DNA from: Tetramitus jugosus
Taxonomy: Eukaryota; Protista; Heterolobosea
Reading direction: 5' to 3'
DNA: 64,000 nt
Assembly: GCA_937625935.1 (NCBI GenBank)
Contig: OW569359.1
Location: forward strand, 469,597-533,596
Position 1 is the first letter of the stretch. Each line of letters opens with the position of its first letter. The translations under genes and the position numbers were made by a program. The notes under the pieces were generated by a model. The model was not told the origin of the DNA and searched no databases. It saw only the letters and a list, made by a program, of their open reading frames with translations. This document shows, piece after piece, positions 1 through 12,100 of the stretch.

Positions 1-490
1 CCTCATTTTCTCTGTTGTTTTTCTATTTTTTGTTTTATTTTATGAATGGGCCCAGTGCCCGAACTATTCTCTTGCTGTAGATCTCTGACTTGCACCGGTT
101 CGTAGTGAATGCTGGAAACAAAAACCAATACCCAACCTCAAGATAGCGTTATGTCAAAACTCGGTATGTACCAATGTGTCACAAAATGAATCGGATCTTC
201 TAAACACGACGAAAAAAAATTCCTCCACCCCTTGTCCGATTGAACACTCAACCAATGTTTGGAATTCGCTCACACCACCAGTTCACACACCAATAATTGT
301 CAATATTGCTCCGCTGTGCGAATAATATTCTCCCAATCAAGTTCAATTTTCTCTCCCTCAACCCAAAAAACTCCACAACAGTCCGTTGTTCCACCACTAC
401 TCTTTCAGAAAACGTTGTCAAACAACAACAAAAAATAACAACACCAACTAACAACCAACAACTAACAACAACAACCAACAAAAAAAAATC

Positions 491-1381
491 ATGGTGTGGT
501 TCAGCAACGATTACAACCATGTGAGAACACCAGAAGCTTACGTGTTTTTCACTCTAATTGGCTCTACAGTCATTCATCGACTCTTGTACGAGTTGTGCTA
601 TCGATACATTGCACCACTATTGCCCAAACAAAAAGATAACAAAAAAGATTGGTTCATGCTCCTCAGTTCCTACCTTGTCAGTACAGCTCACGCTTTTTTG
701 TCTCTTGCTTTGGCGGTTTTTGTGTGCATCGGAGAAACACAATTCTCCGATCATTCCCAATCATTGATTGGAAAGTCGTTTGTAACGACAGTGTCGATTG
801 CTTGGTCACTAGGCTACTATTTTTATGATATACAAATGGTAGCTAAAGAGTATCCAAAGCTTGGAGAATATCCTGTCATTGTTCATCACATCATGTACAT
901 TTTGGGTGCGTTGGCCATTGTGTTCTATGACCATGGTTACTTTATTATGGTCTTGTTCAATTTGACTGAAGCAAGCACACCGTTTGTCAATGTGAGATGG
1001 TTCTTGTCAGAGACTGGACTTGATTCCAAATTTTCACTCGTGTATGCAGTGAATGGAATTTTAATGTGGCTCATGTTTGGTGTGTGCAGAATTTACATGT
1101 GCGTGTGGGTGTTTCCAGCGTATTTGTGGATTGGCCAATGGCTGCACTTGTCGCGCTTTCCACGATTCATGATTTGCTACGCGCTTTTGCTTTATGCGGG
1201 TATTTCGGCGCTCAATCTATTTTGGTATTACAAGATTACAATGGGTTTGGTCAAGGTGGTCAAGGGTCTTTTGAATAAGAGTGGTAGCAGTGGTGGCAGT
1301 AGCAGTGGTAGCTCTGGCAATAGAAGCAGCATCAGCAGCGGTAGCAGAGCAGCTGTCGGAAACTCGAAAAAGGAACAATAA
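491..1381 (+). CDS. TLC (TRAM/LAG1/CLN8) domain membrane protein, TMEM56/TLCD4-like
   Basis: 296-aa ORF with multiple hydrophobic helices and TLC motifs 'GYYFYD', 'IVHH', 'LTEASTPFVNVRWFL', 'LNLFWYYKI'; Ser/Gly-rich tail. Confidence 0.85.
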   Translation: MVWFSNDYNHVRTPEAYVFFTLIGSTVIHRLLYELCYRYIAPLLPKQKDNKKDWFMLLSSYLVSTAHAFLSLALAVFVCIGETQFSDHSQSLIGKSFVTTVSIAWSLGYYFYDIQMVAKEYPKLGEYPVIVHHIMYILGALAIVFYDHGYFIMVLFNLTEASTPFVNVRWFLSETGLDSKFSLVYAVNGILMWLMFGVCRIYMCVWVFPAYLWIGQWLHLSRFPRFMICYALLLYAGISALNLFWYYKITMGLVKVVKGLLNKSGSSGGSSSGSSGNRSSISSGSRAAVGNSKKEQ

Positions 1382-1632
1382 GACACACGCAAATCAAGAG
1401 TGTATGTGCGCGATTTACAAAATGAAGGTTACCCAAAACGCGATGTTTTTGATGACGATCTTTCTCTGTTGAATTGGACTTTACAATGACCTTGCGTCCC
1501 TCATTTATTGGGGCCTTCATATGACTTTCATAACAGTGTGGCCAACACCAAACTATTCAACCTCATTCAATTGTTAATTTATAAAAATTCTGGGTTGTAT
1601 TCGATTCCTAAATACAATGGTAATTGACAATT

Positions 1633-3288
1633 TTACTTGACTTGCTTCTCATCCGCTTCTCTGATCAAGTGTTCCACTGCATCCAGTGAGCCATCAATGG
1701 ATGGAAGACTTTCATCGTCCAAATCCATAATCTCTGCCAACAGTGGATACAGGTGAATGTTTTCAAAGGGTGCCACTGGCTGATCAAATTGCTGTATCCT
1801 TGGCCCGCTGGCAACAAACAGAGCGCCCATGTCGTCCACCTTGTTATCATATCCATGATCACCGTTCAATGATTGAACAAAGTAAGTGGACATCCAACAA
1901 TGATTTTCAACTGCAATGACCAAATCAGAGCACGTCTCGGGAAAGTTTTGACAGGCTTGCTTAAAGTGCAATCGATCTGGAACTTCATTTGCCTTGTAAG
2001 TCGTGTACTTGTTACCTCCTTGCACAACTTCCTCTCCTTGCTTCAACTTGTCGTACACTCGATCAACAAGGAGTTGAACATCTCCAGATCGATTGACAGC
2101 AGTCAATTGAACAAATGGGCCGTAGAATGTCTTGAATTGGTTCAAATCTGTCAGACCGACAATATCACCAATATTGACCTCACAATTCTTGTTCAATTGT
2201 GACATGCCGTGATCAGACACAATCACAATATGAACATCGGTCAATGGATTCACATCACGCTTCTTCAACTCTGAAAACAAGTAACCAACAACTTGATCAA
2301 CACTGTTGACAGCGTCTCTTGTTGCTTGACTCAGAGGACCATATGAGTGACCTTCATGATCCACACCACTAAAGTAGCTCACATACAATAGATTCAATCT
2401 CTCATCATCTTCATTGTCCTTGTTTGCTTGCACTCTTTCCTTCAATTTCTTGTCATCTTCATCAAAATACTTCATGAGCAGATCAATCTTGTTCTTATCA
2501 CCAAAATTATCATCATAAATTTCTTGATACCGAGTAGGTTTCATTCCCTGTAGCTCTACATTGGAACCAGGCCAGAAAATTGTGGAAGCAGAGTGATTTT
2601 GCTTCTCAACAGTGATCCAGATGGGTTCACCTCCTTGCCACCACTCTGTCTCTGTGCTGCTCATGGTAAATGAGCGGCGATTGACCTTATTGTACATGCC
2701 ATTGTTCAAAATGCCATGATTAGCTGGGTACTTGCCAGTCACTAACGTATAATGATTGGGAAACGTTTTTGTGGGATAGCTTGGGATCAATCTCTCAGCT
2801 CTTGCACCATTCTTGGCCAATAATTGAATATTGGTCGTTTGTTGTGCAAACTGCTGCAAGTAATCATATCGAAACCCATCAATCGACAACAAAAAGACCG
2901 TTTTCTGTAGCCATTTTTTTCGCGCGCCAGTCTTTTTTGCCGCTCTCGAACGGGTGAGCGCCCTGTACGTGATCCAAGTCGAAAAGAAGAGTATGAGCAC
3001 AATGCTCAAGCAACAGACAATCGCAACCAAGTAACCAAAAATTCTCATGTTCGTGACGGGTGACCACCACTTTGGTGACTTTTGGAATCGATAATAATTT
3101 TGACCCAAATCTGATTCTTCATCTTGGTTGTGTTCAACCACTGAAGAAGCAGCAGAAGAATTGAGTTGTTGTTGTTGGTTGACTGTTGGTAGTAAGATAT
3201 CGTTGTGTGGGTGCTCATCTAGTTGAGTCAACTGTTGTTGTTGATGAAAGAGAGCTTCATCGTCATCCTCGTGTTGCTGATAGCTCAT
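1633..3288 (-). CDS. Ectonucleotide pyrophosphatase/phosphodiesterase (ENPP family), type II membrane protein
   Basis: N-terminal TM helix; motifs 'LSIDGFR', 'PTKTFPNHYTLVTG' (catalytic Thr), 'DHEGH', 'SDHG', 'DHGYDN'. Confidence 0.95.
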   Translation of the reverse strand: MSYQQHEDDDEALFHQQQQLTQLDEHPHNDILLPTVNQQQQLNSSAASSVVEHNQDEESDLGQNYYRFQKSPKWWSPVTNMRIFGYLVAIVCCLSIVLILFFSTWITYRALTRSRAAKKTGARKKWLQKTVFLLSIDGFRYDYLQQFAQQTTNIQLLAKNGARAERLIPSYPTKTFPNHYTLVTGKYPANHGILNNGMYNKVNRRSFTMSSTETEWWQGGEPIWITVEKQNHSASTIFWPGSNVELQGMKPTRYQEIYDDNFGDKNKIDLLMKYFDEDDKKLKERVQANKDNEDDERLNLLYVSYFSGVDHEGHSYGPLSQATRDAVNSVDQVVGYLFSELKKRDVNPLTDVHIVIVSDHGMSQLNKNCEVNIGDIVGLTDLNQFKTFYGPFVQLTAVNRSGDVQLLVDRVYDKLKQGEEVVQGGNKYTTYKANEVPDRLHFKQACQNFPETCSDLVIAVENHCWMSTYFVQSLNGDHGYDNKVDDMGALFVASGPRIQQFDQPVAPFENIHLYPLLAEIMDLDDESLPSIDGSLDAVEHLIREADEKQVK

Positions 3289-3411
3289 GGTTGATGATGA
3301 TAAATAAAGGTTCAGTTTTCACTTGCGAGTTCAATTTTTTTGGGCTGACGTGTTGTGTTGATCTGGTTTGGACGGAGATTTGGGAAACAGTTACAAATCC
3401 TTTGAAACGTT

Positions 3412-3678
3412 TCAAAATATTGTGCTGGTGCCGTTGGTGATGTAAACCACGTTCTTGGCATTGATTGCAAGTGATGCTGGTTTGTTGTTTCTGGATATAA
3501 CAGGACCGTGATTGATACTGCGTTGTCCTCCAGTAGTGAACACAACGTTTTTGGCGTTGATTACAACAGTTTGGGCATGTTGTGACTTGTCGGGAATCGC
3601 GTTCCTCCCAACGTATTCGAAGAATCGTTCTGATAGGGCACTCCAAGATGAATTCGAACATGAGATTGGCTTTACGTG
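3412..3678 (-). other. ATG-less 88-codon coding-like frame directly in frame after the TAA stop of the 618-aa gene
   Basis: Manual translation HVKPISCSN...VVINAKNVVF...LAINAKNVVY...TIF*; the repeated peptide INAKNVV is encoded with synonymous third-position differences. Confidence 0.55.
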
Positions 3679-5535
3679 TTAGATTTGACTGGTTTGCACA
3701 GCACTCTTGATTGATTTCGAAGTTTCAATGTCCAATTCCTCCTCTCTGCAATAGCCGAGCAAAGAAGGTGTAATGACTGTAGCTCCATGCAATAAACCGT
3801 ACTGTGTCGGTCCGATTAAGAAGGGCACAGCAGGATTAGTCAACATAAAGTAGCAAACAGCCAGAATGACAGGAGCATACTTGAGCAAAGCAATGAATGG
3901 AACCATGCCCTGAGACACGACAAAATCTTGGCGATCCTTGGTTTGGAATATCAGTCTTTCCCAGGAGTTGGTTGCTAGAGTCTGATAGAGGAACACTGGT
4001 GTCATGTACAGCAGAGCTTTCTTTCCATGTGGGAAGGCATAATTAAATAGGTTGTGTCTGCCTCTCACTCCACCAAATCGCCAATACCTCCAGTACATTC
4101 TCGTAAACACCCAACAGGCACCTCCCAAAACATACACTTGAGCAAGCTTGGATGCATCGGATTCCAGCCACTTGATCCAGTTCCAGTCACTAGGTGCCTT
4201 GTACTTGGAAATGACACATGGCTCAGCGGTCACTCTATACTTTGTCTCATACTCGATGGCAATGTTCGAAACAATCTCCTTAAGCTTCTTATCCGTAATG
4301 GTGTTAAATTGCGATTGACTCGTTGCATATCGACTATAAAGCTTATCGACATAGGATCTTAGTTCTGCATATTGATCAAGCGCTCCAATGTGCAACAATT
4401 GTTCCAGTCCAAGATAACCAATACGGTTCTGTTCTTCGTTATTCGATCTCAAGAATTGACCAATAAGACTAGTAATTTCACGCTCACCATTAAAAGATTG
4501 GAGAGTACTCAATGTCAAGCTCGAATAATACTTGGCAAGCAAAGAATGAACATTGTTTCTCAACAAGTGACACCTCTTTCTGTCTAGAGCTGTTCCTCGT
4601 TGACTCTCCCCGTTCAAACGATTCAGTAGAGCAACCAAATCACGAGGATCAAGATGATCAAGACAATCATGCACAAACACTGAACTGTCCATTAAACGAT
4701 TCAATGCCCTTGTCGCATACAATAGATTGACCACTTCTTCTTGTTCCTCTCCACTACCACCACCATGCTTATGAATCGCACTCGTCCATATCTCAACAAT
4801 CTTTGCATTCTTCAATAGAGGCCAATTGTACCAATTCTCACAGAATGCATACAATCGCTTAAACGCCATTCTTCTCTGTTCTGCATACTGATCACTAGAC
4901 AACAACTCTTCTCCCTTCAAATAATCACTCTTGTTTCCCAGCACCAAATCCGCATACCCATAAATCTCCGAATTTCCCCGAGATGTACCATTGGGTCGAA
5001 CGACACAGGACAAAAAGATGAGTGCTCCACCAATGAAAAACAACCCAATGACCCATCTCTTGTACGTTGATGCATTCTTCACTCGTTCAATAATGGAAGG
5101 ATCCAATTCGGCATACACATCAGCTACATCACGCTTACCCTGTGATGAAGAACTACTACTAGCATAGAGAAATTTCCATTCAGTCAATGGAGGAAGACCA
5201 CTTTTGATCATGGCCTTGTTCAGTCGTTCACTAGGTGAGATTGGTGCATCAGTGGATGAGAATCTGGAAGGTCGTGAAATGTTGGGTGATGATAAGGAAG
5301 ATGGTGGTATTGTTGGTATTGTGGATGATGGTGTAGTTGATTGCTGTTGTTGTTGTTGTGGTTTAGCTTTTGTGGTTTGAGATTGTTTTTCTTGTGATTT
5401 TTTCTTGCTGGAGCTATTGGGACGAATGAGTTGAGTGGCATAGTGGCAGAGCTGTAATGATCGTTGTTGTGATAAAGTCAAGAATGGATGACGATTGCAT
5501 CTTGATCTTGTTGTCAGACTGTAAAAACTCTGCAT
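3679..5535 (-). CDS. Hypothetical membrane protein, possibly mitochondrial
   Basis: 618-aa ORF; Arg/Ser-rich, acid-poor N-terminus resembling a presequence; TM helix near aa 160-180; helical middle region; C-terminal hydrophobic segments. Confidence 0.7.
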   Translation of the reverse strand: MQSFYSLTTRSRCNRHPFLTLSQQRSLQLCHYATQLIRPNSSSKKKSQEKQSQTTKAKPQQQQQQSTTPSSTIPTIPPSSLSSPNISRPSRFSSTDAPISPSERLNKAMIKSGLPPLTEWKFLYASSSSSSQGKRDVADVYAELDPSIIERVKNASTYKRWVIGLFFIGGALIFLSCVVRPNGTSRGNSEIYGYADLVLGNKSDYLKGEELLSSDQYAEQRRMAFKRLYAFCENWYNWPLLKNAKIVEIWTSAIHKHGGGSGEEQEEVVNLLYATRALNRLMDSSVFVHDCLDHLDPRDLVALLNRLNGESQRGTALDRKRCHLLRNNVHSLLAKYYSSLTLSTLQSFNGEREITSLIGQFLRSNNEEQNRIGYLGLEQLLHIGALDQYAELRSYVDKLYSRYATSQSQFNTITDKKLKEIVSNIAIEYETKYRVTAEPCVISKYKAPSDWNWIKWLESDASKLAQVYVLGGACWVFTRMYWRYWRFGGVRGRHNLFNYAFPHGKKALLYMTPVFLYQTLATNSWERLIFQTKDRQDFVVSQGMVPFIALLKYAPVILAVCYFMLTNPAVPFLIGPTQYGLLHGATVITPSLLGYCREEELDIETSKSIKSAVQTSQI

Positions 5536-6100
5536 TTTTTTGTGTTTTTTTGCGCCGACAAATATTTTCCCCGTTCAGATTGATGATGGATAATTGATCG
5601 AATCAAAATTGGTCGGTGAATAACTCAAAACATAATCTGTCAAAATTTCACATGTCATTGACCGTCGTTACTTTGCCGACCACCCAACTCAACTTCTCTC
5701 TTCACACATCAAAATATTGTTTGTGTTTCGTACAAACTGTTTCCATCCGTCACTTTCTTTTTCAAACAGAAAACCAAGCATAACACATTATTGACCTTCT
5801 CTCTTCCAATATCTGTTGTGTCAAACTCCATAGTTGCGTCCCATTGAAAGACACTTGACAGCACCAATCAAAAGAATTCAAAAACAATTGCACAGCTTTT
5901 TTTGTTTTGACGAATCATCTGAGCGACCCCCCAACTCTCTCGCTACATACCATACCATTCACACACACACACATACATATAATTTATCATAATCAACGTT
6001 ACACCTCAAAAAACAACAAGAGCTACAACAACAATTTTCTCAGTGAAAACACACACTACATTAGAAAAAAACAAACAACGACAACAACAATTAGCTAACC

Positions 6101-9100
6101 ATGTCATCACTACAATACTTGCAACAACAGCAACAACAAGATGCAATGATTGATGATCTGATTTCAGGTCTCGTCCACATGATTCATTCCATTGTACGTA
6201 CATGCTGCTTTCAAATTTCTCCTACTGTTGCTTTTTTTTTTCTCTCTCCTCACATGTCTTTTGAATTTAACACTTATTTTTTTTTGGTAATGATCATCAT
6301 TAGTTGCCCATGTATAACAAATCAATCACCAACAACACAACAACCAATCTGACTCATATTGCCACCTCACTCATCAACATTTCCAAAATGAATCAACAAG
6401 ACAGAATTATTGAAGGATTGTTGCACGTGTACGCTGAATTGAACAAGAATTTTGAGTCGTTTGTTGTTCAGTCCATGAATGCCGCCAATGACGCAACCAA
6501 CAACAACAACAATAATAACCCATCGAGCAACAATAACAATAGCTCTTCTTCACCTAATGATTCATCATCATCATCAGCATCACTACTTTTGAACAATAGT
6601 AGCAGTGGCAACAATAGTAGTAGTCTCAATTTATTAAGTGGAGTCAACAACAACAACAACAATAATAATAATAGTAGTAACCTTATTAACAACAATAACA
6701 ATAGCAACAATAGCAGCAGTAGTAACAGTTTACTGGGCAATAACAACAATAGTGCAAGTAGCAACAATATTAATAACATTAATATCGCATCATCAGGTGC
6801 AGGAGGAAATACCATGAGCTTTTCTCTCAATCTCAGCTCTATTCATAGTAGTAGTAGTAGTAGCAGCAGTAATAATAATAATAATAATAATAGTGGCAGT
6901 AACATGATATCGACCACTACGATCGAATTGTCACCAGAAGAGTTGGATCATCGATTTTTGCGGTCAAAGCTCATTGTCTTCCAATTGTTCAATTCATTGT
7001 TGAGTGATGCGATTCACTGTGAAAAATTGGACTTGAGATTTGACAATGATTTTGATGACGAATATCAAATGCAACAATTGTCTCTTCATCGAGTGAGTAG
7101 CAACGGTAATACGACACTGAGTGATGATGAACAAGTTTTGTTTAGAAATTTGCAAATGATTCAGAGAAGTTTGAGCAACAATAATAACAATGCTTCGAAT
7201 CCGTCGACTCCCATGACTCCGACTGCACCGAATACGACCTCCATGGTCGGCACACCCAATTCAGGAGAGTTGGCATTGAGTACGGCCTCCCATTTGAGCC
7301 TATCATCCAATAGCTTACTAGAGCTAATGAACAGTGAAATGATGGGAGTGAATTCAGAGTCAATGATGTTGCCAAGAGATGAGTCAAAGCTTCCAAAGCT
7401 AGATCCTGGTTTGGCCAGTAGTCTCGTGCGGTACATTATGGACACATTGTACCCTGGATTGGACCGTGAGAAGGACAAGTCTCAAATCAACGCATCAAAG
7501 CTTCCACCTGTTGCGCTTCGTCACTTGGCTGCTCGCGTCTTGTTCAAGGTGAGTGTGTTGTCGTTTGATGTCGTGTTTCAAAAAGTGGAAGATTTCTTCC
7601 GTGGCATGAAGACGGATGAGGTCCATTACGGTGTGTACAACATGATTGAATACTTGAATTTTGATAATCAAAAATTGGCACGCTTGTTCAATTTGGTGAA
7701 CGATGCCAGTGCAAAGTTCAAGAAGAGTGCTGCTTTGGCGATTGCTCAACCATTGAGAAAGGCCATTTGGAACTATATTGTAAATTATCCTCATCAATTC
7801 ATTTCGGATTGTAAGAGCATGACCTCGATCAATGGCAATCCAAACAAGCTATTCCTCATGTTTGGTGAGAAGACCAAGAAATTGCCTCAGGTTTGGCCTG
7901 TGCAAGCCATGATTCTCCTGTTGTGTCCAAAGGCGCTCTCCGAAGTCATCATGTTGCTCAAGGCGGGAAAGAGCGACAGCACGTACAGCAAGGAAAAGAA
8001 ATTCTTGGACGGTTTGAAGACTAGCTCCAAGCTCAAGAATGAAAAGGCCGATGCTGCAATTGCTTGCTTTATCGATTTGTACAAGGCATCTTCCTATTTG
8101 AGCAAGGACAATTATACGGCTCTGCGTTTCCTCATGTCTGAGGTGCAAGGTGTAGTCATGGATCGATTGGACACTCCAATGAAGAACTCTGAGTCGAAGC
8201 CTGACTTGTCGATGATGGTTGATTTCCTCGTGAGTTCCTACCGTGTCAATTATCGTAATGCAGTGTCATGCATCTTCCCACACTTTATCAAGGGTTCAAG
8301 CTTCTGTAAGCTTGCAATGGCAAGAACATTGTTGACATTGAGCAAGGAACAAGCACCTTTGCCATGGCATCCTACACTGTCCGATTCCTATTCTCATGTC
8401 TCAAAGGCTGCTAGATCCATGTGCCAAGATGCACTCCAGGAGGAGAGACACGCCTATCAGCAGAGATTGAACTCTCAGAAGGACGCACCTTCAACTTCAT
8501 CTGGTCTCAGTGTTAAGAGAATTACTGGATCAAAGCCAAAGGAACAAGTTGAGGTGAGCTATGCAGGCGATATTTTGTTGAGTTTGTTGGCTACGTTCTA
8601 CCAAGAGCCATTGTTCCCATTGCAAAACACTGCTGAGAACGACAAGACTCACTCCACAGATATTCTGTACTTCTTCTTGGGATTGACCAACTGTATGGGT
8701 GAGAAGAATGCACCTCAAGTTCAATATCATGCCCAAAGATTGCTGCAGAGATTGTTCCATGCAAAGTACATTGGTCAGTGGGTGCCTGGTGATGTCATCT
8801 CTGGTTTCATCGATATTTCCTCCAATGTCATTATTCAATTGACCAGTATCCTGTTGGAGGACAAGGATATGCAGGGCGAACACATTATTCCAATCCTTGA
8901 CTTGGTTCGTGAGATTATCAACAGAGTCAATCAATTCATTAGTCAGAACAAGGATTTGATCTCAGATGAGCACTTGGCCAGCAGAAAGAGATCTCATGCA
9001 TGGGAGAATCTCGAGAACATTTTACTCGTGTTCTTGTGCAGTCCTGATCCATTGGTATGGACATTGGCTGCTTCCTTCTTGGGAGATTTGTGTCATCAAG

Positions 9101-12100
9101 TAGAGATCTTGGACATGAGAGAAGAAGCAAAGTCAAATGCTTTTATCCTAAACTATCGTCTCTACAAGGAGATTGCTGCTGTGGTAGAGAATGGAGAGAA
9201 GCGTGAGCGTCAACTCAAGTCAATTCTCAGATTGTTGAGAAGAGACGTTGTACAATCAAAGGCCAACGTTACTGCCTTTATTGAAGTGTATCACAGATGG
9301 AAGAACTACACTGCCAAGTTGTCTAGTCTTGAGACAAAGGCCAGAGAGAACCGTCAAGATACCGACTTCAACATTTCAACTAGAATGAAGACCATGTGGT
9401 ACAATTACACAACATTCCTGTGCTCAATGGGTGGTGTTGGTTTGCAGATTGGAGATGGTATTGCGTTCTCAAAGGGTGTCAATCACAAGATTATGGCTGA
9501 GGACTTGGTCAAAGAATTGTTGAAGCTATTGACTAAGGAGCCAAAGTACATTTCCGACAATGTGACACGTATTGTTGGTTCTGATCTGAGTCCAGCTGTG
9601 TACCGTGTTTTGTTGGCTAGTGTAACAAGTGATCTTGCTAGTTCATTTGGTGAGGACAATTCCGTCAAGGTTACTCCAACATCAACTCTGTTTGTCGACA
9701 AGGCAATCAACATTGTCAAGAACATTGTAGAGCAGGCAGACGGAGCATCCGAATACTTGGCAGTGACAAACTTTGATACTTTGTTATTGTCTTTTATCAG
9801 ATATTGCTCACAATTGGTCAGCCCAGACTCCACTGCCATCAAGTGTAATCTTTGCTTGCTGATTGTTGCTGCAATGAACAAGAGAAATTATCTATCCTTT
9901 GGTAATGAAGTTCAATTCAAGTTCAATGCACTCAAGTCCATTGCCGAATGGACAAGTGAGTTTGCATCCAATTTGCGTGATGACAGTCAGTCTGGCAGTT
10001 CTACTAGCCGTCGAGGAACCATTGACACTGGCTTGGATGAGGTGTGCCTGAAGGCTATTTCAACACTCTTGAAGCACCTACCACTGGCCAAAATCAGAAG
10101 AGAGAAGATGACTACTGCTGAGAAGAATGAGATGAACAGAAGAGAGTTCATCAAGTACTTCCATTTCTTGTCCAAGTATTTGACCAAGTACTCCAATTCG
10201 ACAAAGTCTCAGTTGAGAGAATTCACAATTGTCAGTTTGGGTAATTTGCTCGAGTCGAACATTAATTATGGTCTCGAACAGTTTATGAAGATGACCTATG
10301 CGGAAGATCAGGAGACAAGATCCGCTTTCTTGGCGGTGTTGACAAAGATTGTGAAGCAAGGTATTCAATTGGAGCAGACTGAGCTAGTTGAACCAACTGA
10401 AAAGTATGAAAAACTGCTCAATTCTCTCTGCTCGGACGACATGTCACTCATATTCTTAATCCTCAAGGCTGTGTCTATGTCAGAGCAGGACGAGTTGTGC
10501 AAGGTGTTTGTCAAGTTGTTCGCAGACAGATGTCAAATCTTGCCTTTGCTCCGAACTGCCATTGACTTGGAAGTGATGCAGACTCCTCGTGCCAGCACTC
10601 TATTCAGAGCTAATAGCTTTGCTAGTAAGATGTTGTCTTCATTCTGCGCTCTCTATGCCAAGGATTACATGTTTAACATACTCACACCTCTGTTGACTGA
10701 TGTGTGTAGCGACACAAACAGTTACGAGATTGATCCAAACAGACTCGCTGGTGGAGATCTTCAAGAGAACATTCGTCGTCTGACTAAAGTCACTCAACGA
10801 TTCATCGATGCCATTCTTGATTCAACTGAGGAATGTCCTCTTACTGTTCGTATCGTGTGTGAGCACCTTGCTAGAACCGTGGGTGACAAGTTCCCTACTG
10901 AAGATCAAGATGATTCCGTGGAGGCAACAGACATTGGTCAGACACCAAAGTATGTGGCCATGGGAGGCATGTTAGTCCTTAGATTCCTCAATCCTTCTAT
11001 TGCTTCTCCAACCACCGCTGGTATCATTAGTCCACAACCTAATGCTAAGACAAGCCGTAATTTGCTTTTGATATCCAAGTTGTTGCAGAACGTTGCAAAC
11101 GGTGTGAAATTCAAGGAAGATTTCATGCAATGTATGAATCCATTCATCACAACCAACTTCCCAAGAATGAGATCCTTCTTTGAGTCGCTCGCCGAAGTTT
11201 ATCTGGATGATGAAGCTTATCCAGGTGAAGTCATCTTACTAGATGATGATGTCAAGGCTGAAAACGTTTACAACTTGCATAAGGCTCTTTACAATAATAT
11301 TGACAAGATCAGACAGAATGCAGGATCAGAACAATTGAAGGATCAATTGGAAAAGGTGGGTAGTGTATTGATTGAATTGGGTAAGCCAGCTGAGAAAGAG
11401 AAGCTACCAAGTTCTTACACTCCATCATCTGGTGGTGCGTTTACGAATACTCACTTTGAGAACTTTATGACTCTCATGGGCAGTAAGCCAATCAATTTAG
11501 ACTATATTGAAGAGAAGTCATTCTTCTACAAGAGAGGAGTGTCCAAGGATCAGAGACCTGTTCTCTACTTTGTCCCAAGAAATTGTGAAGGTATTGAAAC
11601 AGATGAGGACATGGAAAATGCCTTGTATCACGTTTTGAAGACACTCCAGACTGTATTCACAAAGCCATATGAAATTGTGATTGACAGCACTGATTTCTCT
11701 GAGGAGAACGGCTTGCAAATTACTCAAGTTTCAAAGTTGTTGAAGCTATTGCCTGATGGAGCCAAGGAGAACATTGCTCGTTTCGTTGTCTTTGCTCCAA
11801 ACTTGTACTTTAAGGATTTCGTCCGACCTATCCAGAACAAGATCATTTCTCGTAAGAACATCAAGAAGATTCATTTCGCAAGCAACGTCAAGGAGCTACA
11901 ATCCGTGATTGATGACAAGAACATTGCACTTCCTGAAGATTCAACCCACTTTGATGACGATGTTCAATTGACAATTTCTCCTGCATGGGTCGTCTCATCG
12001 GCAAACAGCTCCAAGGAAGCAACCATCAAACTGGGCAGCAAGAAATTGTGTGTCATTGTACAGGACGATGCAGTTATGGGTATGCCGACAAAGAGAGTCG

